Source: Camelus dromedarius (Eukaryota). From it: 64,000 bases of DNA. Within the stretch, counting starts at the first letter, position 1. Every line of letters starts with the position of its first letter. This document shows, piece after piece, positions 50,690 through 62,529 of the stretch. The notes below the pieces were generated by a model that made no database searches, was not told where the DNA came from, and was given only the letters and a program-made list of their open reading frames with translations. Where the stretch lies: NCBI RefSeq assembly GCF_036321535.1, contig NC_087437.1, positions 26,724,001 to 26,788,000 of the forward strand, in the 5' to 3' direction. The translations under genes were made by a program, and so were the position numbers.

Positions 50690-50830
50690 GGGGAGGGTAT
50701 AGCTCAGTGGTGGAACGAGTGCTTAGCATGCACGAGGTCCTGGGTTCAATCCCTAGTCACTCCATTAAAAAAAATAACCTAATTACCTGCCCCCAAAACA
50801 AACAAAAAATGTAATAAAAAACTGAAAATG
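50690..50830 (+). mobile_element. tRNA-Ala(AGC)-derived camelid SINE (Vic-1 type, long tail)
   Basis: ggggagggtatagctcagtggt...gtgcttagcatgcacgaggtcctgggttcaatccc...aacctaattacctgccccc; TSD aaaaactgatagaacta / aaaaactaacagaactg (14/17). Confidence 0.93.
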
Positions 50831-53800
50831 AAAAACTAACAGAACTGCAAGGAGAAATAGACGGATCCACTATCATAGATGGAGATTCAACACCCCTCTA
50901 GAAGAAACTGACAGACCTAACGGACAGAAAACTAGTAAGGATATAATTGAACTCAACACCATCAACCAACTGGGTATATTGACTGTTTTATCCAAAAACA
51001 GCAAAATACACATTCTTCTCAAGCTCACATGGAACATTCACCAAGACAGAGCACATTCATAAAACACATTTAAAGGAATGGAAGTCATACACTGTCTGCT
51101 CTTGGACCACAATGTAATTAAACTAGAAACCAATAACAGAAAGACAACTGGAAAATCGCAAAATACAAGTAGATTAAACAGCACAGTTCTAAATAACACA
51201 TGGGTCAAAGAAGAAATCTCAAGCAAGATTTCCACCTACCACACACCTAAAATCCAGGATTGTTCTTAGCCAGAAGTCATTTACAAGGTTAAGCAGTTCA
51301 AAGACCTCTGAGGCCCATCTATGGATGATTCCATTTTACTTGTACCTTGATCCTCAAGCTAGCCATCACCGTTTCCTATAACTTTGCTTGCCTACTTCCC
51401 TCTAATCTCTGGGAAACTCTTCCTACTTTAATGACCTCTTTCTGTTCTCTATAAGGTGAACATCATGTATCAGATCTTCAACCACATACGCTATCATAGT
51501 CAGGACAAGCACCAGGATGCTAGGACTCCCAGACCTCAGTATCAACCCACTATATTCTCCACCTTCATAACAGCTACTCTGAGGCCACTTGCCCTTTGAC
51601 TTTATTCTGATCATGTGTCCAGAGTTATCAGGGGGAAAGTGAAGGCACCTTCTGTCAATCTCAAGCCCTATGGTCCTCAGTGAAAAGGATTCCTGGGACA
51701 GCTCATCCTGGAGAGCCTCCACTCTTTTCCATTCTTAGTCTCAATCCAAGAGATTTTATCTGAACACCAAAGAATAATATCAACAGCCCTTCTCTGTTTC
51801 AGTCAGTTCAAGTCAGTTATTTAGTAATTTTTGCACTTCCTGATATTTTAAAGGACTTTTGAAAGAGAGTTCTAAAATTTCTTTTGACCTTGTTTTATTG
51901 TTTTGGAACAACTTCAGAGAAGACTCCAAGTTGGGGGTGGGAGAAGATAGCTATAGGCATAATATGTTTTGTATTTAGAGTTTCTTCATATCAGATAAGA
52001 TTATTTTATAGAAGATTCCTTTTTCTTATCTTTATTTTTTAAACTACATTTTGCTTGCTGAGATGTGGCCAATGGAATTAATTGAGCCCCAAACTTCTTT
52101 CTTGGAGGCAGAAAATGCACTTCTTAGAGGTGACATCGCTGAAAAACAGCTATTTGTGGAAATACCTAAGTCTCTCAGAGGGAATTTTTCTCTTATTCAG
52201 AAGGATCAACCACAGAGTAGGCGGTCCATGCTCTGGTGAGCTCCAGGTCTTGTCTTTGGCAAAACTGAGTAACTGGTAAAATTGGACTTTACTGCTGGCT
52301 TCTGCACACCCACACCGGCCCAAGCAGGCATACACCAAACACCTTGCACCCTAGTCCGGCCAATGTCCAGAAACCCCCCCACCTCCTTTCTCTCTTCTCT
52401 GTAAAAATGTCCTCTCAGGAGGCCTACTTACTGGAAATAGAGAAAATAGTGTCAAATTACAGAATGTTGAAAGTCATTTTAGGTTACAGTTTTTAAAATA
52501 TTAAAAGTTATCTAGTAGAATTCTTTTCAGAATTAATTTTTAATATTTTAGCTGTAAAACTTTCTTCAAAAGAAATGTTGAAAGAAAAAGGCAAGATATA
52601 ATATATATTATCAATGTATAAAAAAGAAAAGCAATATATAAAAGAAAAACTCAATATATAAATAAGATAATCAAGAGCTGCTCTGGTTAGAGCCCTTTCC
52701 TTTCCCAGAGGGGGAACCTGAAAGTCCCCAGACTTAGAAAACTACCAATCTAATCCAGTCCCTTCAATTCACAGACGACAATCTTGAGCCCAAAATTGAA
52801 CCAAATTGTCCAACATTGCCCAATGAAATGATGACAAAGGTCAAATGGTCCTCAAGGGCATGACCTTACTATCACCAAGCCTGACCCAGACCCTGCAATA
52901 AATGTTAATTATCTGAATTCAACAATTTATGTTATGGTATTAATGAATGGCCCCATCTTCATGCATTACTTCTCTTAAAGGTTGTTTACTTTCAGTTAAA
53001 CAGGATTCCATTCCTTAGATCAAAGAAAGGAATATTTAAGAGCAAATATGTAGATGTCAGCAAAGGCTTTTTGGTACAGGAGAAAACTGAATGTAGACTA
53101 ACAGAACCTCCAGAGAGGGCTATGCTATCTTTTGAAAATCATGTACAATTTTATAACTCTGTGTGTGTGTGTTGGGTGCAGGGACAAGAGGGAGAATCAA
53201 AAGCAGTACTTGTCGTTTTCATTAAAGTACCTAAAATAAGAAAACCTAAACCAAATCATATTGACTGGTCTAATGCGCCGAAGATAGAATGAGAAAGTGT
53301 TCAGAGTTGGTCCTACGGCTAATTCAGAGTAGGACTTACTTGTTAGCTACTTGTGATGTCATCACCCACGTGGTGCAATATCTACTGTTCTATGTCATAA
53401 CCTGAGTAGAATGTTCTCTATTTTAAGATGAATATAAGTTTTATTTTAATTTAAAGTTTGCCTTGATATTACAGTATTATTGTACAAAAATGAGATTTTT
53501 CAGGCCCTCACAATGTATTTCTGTCTCCTATTTTATTTCTTTCTGCCCATAAATTGAGAAAGTTGGAAGGAATAAGTAGGGATTATCAATGTAAATGATG
53601 GCAGGTATTATACAGCAAACAAATGCATCAGTGGAAAATAAAAATTCAATTTCTTGGAGATCTAGGAAAATTGAGCCTTTGGGAAAAAACTACACTGCCC
53701 ATACAATCAGCAGCCTCATTCATTACTCAGCTAGGCTGGCTAGACACTTTCCTTTCAGTACTCCTCACTTTTACATTGTTATTATTATTTGGAGGGTGGT

Positions 53801-54323
53801 TTATTACAACAGGAAGGAAGAAAGGAAACTCATGTCAATTATGGTTTCTCATTTACTACAAGAAAAGTGATTCAGCTTCCCCAAGGTGTTAAAAATCCCA
53901 ACACTCAACAGCAGCACTGTGTGACTGTCATCTTGATAGACACTTGAGTCAAAATCAGGCAAATTTAATTTAAAATGCTATAAAGTTGTTTACTATTCTC
54001 TAAGGCACAGGTGTTGGCAACACATGAAACTGAATAAGGAATTCACAAGGATGGTGAAAGATTTCTATTTTGAAGTTAGAACTTAAAAAAAAAAAAAAGT
54101 CCACTTTACATTCTATGTTCTGCCAAAACTATACTTGGGAAGAAAATGAAGAAGAAATTCCAAAATGTTTCCTCGTCCAATTCTATCATCATAGGACAAG
54201 CATCATTTTTTGCTGTGAATCAAATCATTGTCCTTGTCAGCCATTTTGATGGCTCCATCAAAAGGATATTATGTTCAACTGTTTGCTCACGTGACTGAAG
54301 ATGGTGGGGAGGGAAAAAGTCTA

Positions 54324-54535
54324 TAGTGGATCCTTGAACAATACGGGTTTGGACTGCACAGGTGCATTAATATCAGTAAATAATTTGAATATTTCAATAG
54401 TAAGTACTACAGTACTACATGATCCATGCTTGGTTGAATCCAGGGATTTAGACCATGGATACAGAGGGCCAACTGTGAAATTATACTGGATTTTCAACTA
54501 CAGCCCTAACCCCTACCTTGTTCAAGGGTCAGCTG
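54324..54535 (+). mobile_element. MER8 TcMar-Tigger MITE
   Basis: TIRs tagtggatccttgaacaa / ttgttcaagggtcagctg; TA on the left; internal ttggttgaatcc...ggatacagagggccaactgt. Confidence 0.85.
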
Positions 54536-55475
54536 GACTTTGTTAACTACTAGAGATTATCATTAAGGCTTACAGTTTTCTTTAAATTAATTCAAAAGAG
54601 TAAAAATGATTAGAATGTCCATGGAAGGTGCTCCAACCATCAGAATTCTTGCTGAAAAATCAAAGAACAAAATCTGACTTTTGTTGCCAAATATCAGCTT
54701 CCAAATTAGGCCAAGGCATCTATAGGAAGACCTCAGCCTTTCTCTCAAAACGCTAGGTTGTCTACCTTGCTTTGTGAAGATCTGCATGTTTATCACATAG
54801 CTCTAGCCTTTGTTGAGTTCTAGATTTTTTGAGAAACATGATTGGCTACATTCAAGAATTGAAAGATTCAATTGCCCTATTTTTGGAATAGAGAGAAAGG
54901 GCTAAGAATAAGTCTTCAAAATACTTTAACAGTCAGTGTGGCATGGGTAAGTGAAGAACGGTACGGGCCACAAATAAGAGGTAACGGCTACACTGGACTC
55001 TATGTACTGAATACCAATTATTTCACCCTTCAAAAATAATGAGATCGAAATGTAGGTAAACATCGGAAGATGTCCAAGTTATAGCCAAGAGAGAAAAAGA
55101 AGTTGCATAACATTATATATAGCATGATTCCATTTGTAAATGTTTAGCGGAATCTAAAGGGACTTACAAAATCCTCCCGTAGGATCCTGACAAACATGTG
55201 CAGAACCTTGGGCAATAAGGTCACCTAAGAGTCTGATTCCTAAAATCTAGTCCTGATTTTACCACACTGTTTAACCCTTTCATGTCTCAGGTTTTGTAAA
55301 ATCAAGGAGTTAGATTAGAAAATCATTATACCTATTTCCAGTTCTAGTTAGCTAAGAGTGTAAGAGTATTCTTCCTTAGTTTCCTTTTGTGAAATAAGGG
55401 ATTAAAAATATCTTCCTCAAAGATTATTGTGAGGCTTTAAACAAGCATGTTTGTAAATGTACTTGGTAAACTTTT

Positions 55476-55533
55476 ATATTATATTATATTATATTATATT
55501 ATATTATATTATATTATATTATATTATATTATA
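55476..55533. repeat. (ATATT)11 pentanucleotide microsatellite at a MIR tail
   Basis: Read directly. Confidence 0.95.
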
Positions 55534-56089
55534 ACAATAATAAGCCATAGCTTTAAAAAGCCTGCACTCTAATTTATTAGTTGTTTGTACTAGTGCTTCC
55601 TAACTTCAGCTCAGTTGGGGATATTACCTACATATATTCTTCATCATAAAGCAAAGAACTTTAGGTTTAAGGTTATGTCAGGGACTGAACTATATCAAAT
55701 GTCAGCCTCAGAGTGGAAGAAAAAAATCTATTGCAGCAAAGATGACAATTAACTTCTGAAAAGTGAATCTCATTTTCCCACTATGTCCTTAATGAAATCA
55801 GAATCATGTTTCCTAGAAAATATTTCAGTGGATTAGGTTGCAAACTCATTTTCCTGTTTGAAGAATTATTGAAGCTGGCTTAATCTTTGCAGGGTCCCTG
55901 TCAACTAAAATAGTCTACAGTTCTGATTCTATTTTAGGATTCAGTCCAGGAGGTACCTTCCCTCAAGCCGAGATGCCAGTGAATGGGACCCACTCAGATT
56001 TTCATAGTGTCTTAGGAATGTGTATCCTTTCTTGATGCCAATCCAATGAAGCTGAGTTTTTTCCAGATTTGTTTCTTACTAAACTGTGT

Positions 56090-56215
56090 GAGGAAAGAAA
56101 CAAGATTGATAATGGATGTCAGTGAGAAAACGATTTAATATAAAGAACTTCCAAGCAACCAGAGCTGTCCAATATAGAAATAGCCTGCCACTGAGTCCCC
56201 AGTCAGGAGAGGGAT
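56090..56215 (+). mobile_element. L3/CR1 LINE 3' fragment
   Basis: aatataaagaacttccaagcaaccagagctgtccaatatagaaatagcctgcc. Confidence 0.55.
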
Positions 56216-56924
56216 CTCACTGTTTGTTTGGGGAAGACTCTCTACTTTGTGCAGAGCACTTGCACTAATATTTTAACTCCTCTGATGAACTGTTGTCTTG
56301 CTGAGGACATGGCTTTTGGCTTGTTTCTGGATTTCTGGACACATTGTAGATTTTCAATAAATACATCTTTAACAAATGAAGAAATAACACAGAGAGGAAT
56401 TTTGTACTTAGCAAGAGGGGCATAGAGAAAGTTTAAGATCCCCTAATTGTGAAATTCTTGGAAGGGTTCATTGTCCCTTGGAAAAGTAAATTAAATAGTA
56501 AAAGTGCAATGTCATAATGTTTTGAAACTTTTCAGAACTCTTTGCTACCTCCAGGACGTTGTCCATTTTTTCTTGCAGTTGTCCGCTGAGACTGTTTACT
56601 TTCTTTATTAATTCAGGCCCCAACTTCATACTTAGACATTCTGGAACTAAGAAACCATTCTTTTCATTGCACAGTGTATTAATATTTTAAAGAGCTATAC
56701 TGCCATATCACTTTTTATTGGTGTGAGCCATATATTGATTGCAAAAGATGCTTGATTCCAAAAAATTTAAAGTTCTACATAATGGCAAATAAATCACAAA
56801 CTCAGTAAATTTTAAATTCTACAAAAATTTTTGCTTCAAATAAAATATCCTTGAATTTCATATTATTCTTGAGTCCATCCAGCACCCTGACTTGTTCATA
56901 TCCGTGTTTTATGCTCTAAGTCTT

Positions 56925-57158
56925 AATTATTTAGGTGGTGGTAAAGCCAATTTAATGGGTTACAAACCAGAATTTTGGGGGAAAAAATGATTAGAGTGAA
57001 ATAGAAAATATCAGAATGCATTATATTTAGTAAGGAAAAGTATTTTCATGAAACTTTTATTTTAGTAATTTAGATTTTTGTGTGTGTGTATACGTGTGTT
57101 GTGATGTAAAGTGTACGTTACAATGGATCATGAACGAAAATAGTTTTGAAAACCACTG
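56925..57158 (-). mobile_element. MER112-like hAT-Charlie element
   Basis: caatttaatgggt...aatagaaaatatcagaatgcat...agtaagg...catgaaactttt...gtgatgtaaa...tttgaaaaccactg. Confidence 0.75.
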
Positions 57159-59671
57159 GTTTACAGGATGCTCCAGGACCTTTAAAATAATGTCCACAGT
57201 ATGTCTTTGGTTTAAAAAGCCTACTCTCTATCCAATTTTTCTCCAGAGATTCTTTTTGATAGATAATCAGGCTTGTACACAGTAAAATTATTCAGTTCAA
57301 AATTTTTCATCAGCAGTAAGATGAAGCAGTTCTCAAAGTTCATAAACTTGAGAAAACTGAAATTAAAATAAGAAGTGTAGGATGTTACTTATTTTACACT
57401 GTCCACAGATGAACTGAAAGTCAAGTGCTTCGTGGCTCCAAGGGTCCGGATATTTACGACCTGCTTCTTTCTCTGGTGTCTGTACACAGGCATCCTTCTT
57501 TCCCTGGATTTATCTTTGTTGCCTTTTTTCTTTCCATCTTAATAGCCCACTATTAAGGCCTCCTTTTCTCTTTTTCTAAGGCACTTGCTAAATATAGGTG
57601 GCAAACTTTACAAGAGTTAAATATTTCTAAGAATCTTACTTTTAAAAGATTGTTAGAAAGGAGCCCTTTCATCTGCCCTCCTGACTTCTTTTTCCCTCCT
57701 ATTTCCCTACTCTCCCCAAAACCACAAGAGAAGTGTTTAAAGCCACTCCTGTAAAGTGGTCTCTGTCTCCTCTAGAATGAAAAAAGATTCTATGTGTGGT
57801 GGCTGTGGGTGGAATAAGCCAAAATTAAAAAAAAAAAAAAAGGATATGTGAATGTATACACTTTTAAATTGCTTTTTTCTATTTTCTTTTAGAAGCTTAA
57901 CATAGCTATAAATAAAATACAGTTCATAAGGAGAAGAAAGTTGATTCTTATAAATATTTTATTCTTTCAACAGAACTAAAATGTTGAATGCATTTCACTT
58001 GGTAATATATTCTCCATTTACTGGTCCTTTTCAAAAAAAGCTTTCCCCCCTCCTTTTCCATCTTATCAGTATGGTGCATAGAGAATATTTGACTTGAGGC
58101 TAAATCTATTTTCCCAATTTTTTTTGGAGTGTCTATTCTCTAAAGAAAGTATTATTAAAAGCAGACTTCTACAAAACGGACTTTAACAGTAATTATTTTC
58201 TTTGAATATGAGAAGGATATTTTGATTTCCCAAATGCACGTTAACTGAATTCTTGAAATGGATCCTTTTGTGGCTGACTTCTCTCTATTTTTTCTGTAAC
58301 AGAAGCATGACATCGTCTCCCAGAGAATTTTAAAGCTTAAGACTCTTTGGTACGTGTCTTGCATGAACTAAAGCTGAGGATAGCAACATCATTTTTCTAC
58401 TCTGCAGTAGCTCCCACAGGTCACCACTAACTTTTGAACTGCGGATGTGAGCAGTTTATCTTCTTGTCAAGCTCTGTGAAACTGCTCTTTAGAGACAGCA
58501 AAAACAACCTGAGTTTTCTGTGAAGGTACCTGTGATGGTGGACAAGACACTACTTTTGGAGGGCTTCGGTAACCTCCACTGTATAAAGTAAGAAGGTTAG
58601 CTAGAATAATCTCCAGGGACCTTTTTTTTTTTTCAATCTTTCCAGCTCTAAAAATGCTTTGATTCTGTTAACCAATATTTAATCATCAAGTTGAGAAAAC
58701 CAATTTTTACATTATTATAGTGTTACAGATGTATTAGTCTCCTTTTACACTGCTTAGAGTGGACTTCTTAGAAATATATTGGACTTCATTGTGTTATATG
58801 TAAATTTGAGCATTTGTTAATAGGAGGAAAAGATGAAAGCTAAGCCTGGCTCAGTTATTATATAAGCGAAGTGAAGGCACTGGAGGAGGGTGAGGTAATC
58901 TCACAAGGCCAGAGCAAGACAGCCTTTGAAGTTCTCCTTTCTTTTGTTGAAACATATTACCAGTATAACGTGCAAGATCAGAAAAGACTCACAAATTGGA
59001 TGGTCAGGACAGCGGCCGTCCACGCCCACAGGACACAGTGCAATTTGGTCAAGGCACACTAGCTCCGTTGCTAAGACACTTATCTTTCCTCTAGTGGCTA
59101 TGTAAACAATTTGATGTGTTTGCTTTTTTCAAAGGCTAAAAAAAAAGAAAAAGTTGCCAACATGATTACCAAAATAATGAACACAAACCTGGCTCCGTCA
59201 GAAGTAGCTGGTTTTAGTGGTTCAGAGTACACCGCGAGGCAACAGGAAAACCGATCCCAGCGACCTTCCTCAGGCAGGAATGCCGCTGTGATCGCGTTCT
59301 TGATGGTGAACCACCTCCCCCACCGCACCACATTCCCACGCACTGCTGGGCCGAAAGGTCATTTCCCTCCAATTTAGAAAACAAGGTAAAGGGAACTAAG
59401 GTAGGGAGCTCAAACAGAAGTATTGAGAAGCTTCCAGAAGCCTTCATTTCTGCCTAGAAACTCCTCAAGAGGAGGCGTAGGGCTAAGGAGATAAACAGTC
59501 CTACCACACGCTGATCCCTGAGATGCATGCCTACCCCCATTTGTCTTTGAAGTAAGGCACCCATAAGCAAAAAACAAACAAAAAGAAAACAAAATCAAAA
59601 CACCACACCTGGGCAAGACACAGGAACTATATTAACTATGTTACACAGGTCCCTATCTCTACCTTACAAAT

Positions 59672-59870
59672 CTCTTTTTAAAAAAGTCATTTATTGAAAA
59701 ATTTCAGATATAGGTGCAAAAGTAGAGAGAAGAGTATGAAGCACCCCCATATACCCAGTTTCAACAATGGTCAACTCGTGGCCAGTCCTGTTCATCTCCA
59801 CCCTTCCCAGTACCTGCCCCCTCCCAGATTATTTTGAAGCAAAACTCACACCTCACATTATTTCACAGGT
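59672..59870 (-). mobile_element. L1MC-type 3' end
   Basis: caaaagtagagaga...cccccatataccc...ttcaacaatggtcaactcgtggccag...gattattttgaagcaaa. Confidence 0.7.
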
Positions 59871-60615
59871 TTTAGAGATGACTTTTCTTGGTGACTTAAT
59901 TCTAAGTCACTTTTCAGAGGTCAAAAAATCTAAATGAAGGAAAGAAAATGAAAACTTTAGGTAAAATTATTACTGTGATTAAAATAAATTATATAAACTT
60001 GTTATAACCCAAATGGAATTTTCATTATATCCTTGAAATGGGTATCTTCTAACCATTAGTCAGTCAACAAATATTTATCAAGTGTCCCTGATGGTCTTGG
60101 TACTGTCAAGTCACAAAGCCTTAAAAAAAGACCAATAGCTCTGATATATGAATATACAATTATTTTCCTAGGAACAGACAAAAATGGAAATATACACACA
60201 AAATTAAAGAAAGCAGATCTTTGTCCTCACAACGTTAATAAGCTTTTATTATTTATTAGAACTCAGAAACATGAACTTCATTTATTAGACATTCTCAAGG
60301 ATAATAAATAGAAGAGCTGAGGTCACTCCTTATGTCATCCTTAGGTATTTAGTAAGGTTTTGTGTGTGTGTGTGGATTTTTTATCTAGCAAAAATAAAAT
60401 ACCTCAAAAGACGAGTCCCCCCTTATTTTAATGGGGGTACCTTTTTCCAGCTAGCCTGCCAGAAGCAAATGCAATCCTGTCCACACAGATTTACACGCGT
60501 CTACATTTCTGCAGTAAAAGTAAAGACTGCGGAAAAGCCTCATTTCAGGGCCACTGTACATTTCAAGTGCTGTTTTTAAAAATAATCTAACAGCCTATCT
60601 TTACAAGGTAGTAGC

Positions 60616-60736
60616 AAGGCAAGAAAGAAAGAGAGAGAGAGAGGTAGGGAGGGTGGGAGGGAGGGAGGCAGGAAAGGAGGAGGAAAGAAGGGAGGGAGAA
60701 GAAGGGAAGGAAGGAAGAAAGAAATAAAGAAAAAAA
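60616..60736. repeat. Purine-rich (GA/GGA/GAA) low-complexity tract
   Basis: Almost purine-only on the + strand. Confidence 0.9.
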
Positions 60737-60892
60737 TTTGCTAAACAACAAAGATTCTCTTATCTAAAAAATTCATTTTTCTTTCCTTTATTCAATATTC
60801 TATTCTAAGTTCAAGATTCCTCCTGTCCTAAATTAGTTCATTAAAAATATCCATTTTTATCCACAGGCTTCCAGATTTACTTTAACTTGAAA

Positions 60893-61085
60893 AAATTTTT
60901 ACCTCAGTTTTCAAAGAACTGTCTCCTCCTCCTCCTCCTTTGAAAGAACTCCTCAAAAAACAAAAAGAAATTTACCTCAGTTTTGAAAGAAGTCTCTTCT
61001 CCTCCTTTGAAAGAATTTCTCCTCCTCCTCCTCCTCCTGGAAAAAAAAAAAAATTTACCTCAGTTTTGAAAGAACTGTCTCCTCT
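60893..61085. repeat. Local imperfect tandem triplication, unit ~75-80 bp
   Basis: tttacctcagtttt(c/g)aaagaa...tctc occurs three times (~60898, ~60971, ~61054), with variable (CCT)n and A tracts. Confidence 0.9.
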
Positions 61086-61320
61086 TAACGTTCCCGCTTC
61101 TGAACGCTCCCTTCCCCAGGGAGAGCGCAGTCTCAGCCGTCAGCGCTCTCTGCACACTACTCACTCTCTGCCTTAGACAGACCTAGATTCTAGGTCTAGA
61201 CAACACCAAAACAGAGACGGGATGAGACAATGAATTCTCATCGCATCTCATTGACAAACTCACATTAGACCCTTTCTGATGTCTTCTAGATCTCAGACAG
61301 TTAGGACACAGTTTTGTTTT

Positions 61321-61797
61321 TGTTTTTGTTTCTAAATATATTTTTATTGAAGTATAGTCAGTTTACAATATTGTGCCAATTTCCGGTGTACAGCACAATA
61401 CTTTAGTCATACAGGAACATACATATATTCGTTTTCGTATTCTTTTTCACACATAAGTTACTACCAGATATTGAATATAGTTCCCTGTGCTATACAGTGT
61501 AAGCTTGTTTATCTGTTTTATATATATTAGTTAATATCTGCCCATTAGTTAATATCTTCTGCCCATTTTTGGATTGGGTTATTTGTTTTTTTTTTGTTAT
61601 TAAGTTGTATGAGCTGTTTATATATTCTGAAAATTAAGCCCTTGTCATCTTCTGCAAACATTTTCTCCCATTCCATAGGTTGTCTTTTTGTTTTGCTTAT
61701 GGTTTCCTTTGCTGTACAAAAGCTTCTAAGTTTAATTAGGTCCCATTTGTTTATTTTTGCTTTTATTTCTGTTGCTTGGGTAGTTTGCCCTAGGACA
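61321..61797 (-). mobile_element. Young camelid-type L1, 5'-truncated, with internal deletion
   Basis: Antisense 3' UTR ttattgaagtatagtcagtttacaat joined to antisense ORF2 tcttctgcccatttttggattggg; perfect 13-bp TSD ACAGTTTTGTTTT at 61308-61320 and 61798-61810. Confidence 0.93.
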
Positions 61798-62529
61798 ACA
61801 GTTTTGTTTTATGGCAGAGTCTTTATTAACTGTTAAAGCTCTTAGATTCACAACCTTACACGTTTTTCAGTGTTCATTCATTGAGTCTAAGTAGAAATTT
61901 AAGACTTGTTGGGAGAAGCTTAGTAGTATTTTTTTCACATTTTCATTATCCTCAAATGTCCTGAACACAAATGGAATATTTACTACATAATGCTTTGTGG
62001 TCCTTGAGTCAAATGTTGTTAAAACTTGATATGTTGAAAAAACTGACCAAAGGAAGCTCCAGGCAAAGGGAAGAAAACTTCTAGAATTTTCCATGAGCTG
62101 GTATGTCTTCAGATTGAAAATTATGTAAATATAAACTTCTCTGACCCCTTCATGAAATAGAGGTTTTTCTTTGAAAAAGAATCATTTATACAATTACTCA
62201 CGCCATAAAGAAATCTCTTTGATTCTATCTTTGCTAGGAGTTACAGGGCTATTTTCCATTCCCACCTACAATATTAACATACCATGGCATGAAGTACACA
62301 ACTGTATAAAACCAAAAATGTGTTCAAAAGCCACCACAGAGATGGAATCAAAAAAAGAAGCAATTCTTGCAGAATATTCTGATGATAAAAATGATGCCAG
62401 ACTCAGAGACTATTTAGGGACTTAAAGTCCAACGTTTATGTAGTTTATAAAGTCCTGTTTCTAAATGAGAAAATTGAGACCCAAGGCACTCTGCTATTTG
62501 CCTAAAGTTTTAAAGGCAAAAACCATTTG

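Larger units (their letters stand above)
46925..51225 (+). mobile_element. Old L1 (L1MCa-type 5' UTR, ORF1 remnant, spacer, ORF2 endonuclease), 3' part absent, carrying two nested inserts
   Basis: 5' UTR gtcctaacaacaagtaaaaagctgaac; ORF1 MLEIKNIATEIKNAFDGLISRLNKAEEKISELED (47882-48064); ORF2 EN NVNGLNAPIKRQRLSE*I...LQETH (~50330-50435), QGEIDGSTII, LDHNVIKLETNN. Confidence 0.9.

Noticed and set aside
33504..50830. Three tRNA-Ala(AGC)-like sequences as real tRNA genes
   Set aside because: Each has stem-disrupting substitutions, an A-rich tail and a (partly degenerate) TSD and lies inside another repeat; they are SINEs.
52950..53260. L3/CR1 reverse-transcriptase relic (YVDVSK-like near 53047-53070)
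   Set aside because: Plausible but too degenerate to list as a feature without a profile search.
60893..61085. Direct repeats with variable spacers as a CRISPR-like array
   Set aside because: Mammalian context; spacers are low-complexity and related to each other; no cas genes.
48996..61836. Similar ORFs at 48996-49331 and 61594-61836 (LLSCMS...[13 protein letters not shown]) as a paralogous gene pair
   Set aside because: Both are antisense shadow frames of the same L1 ORF2 region.
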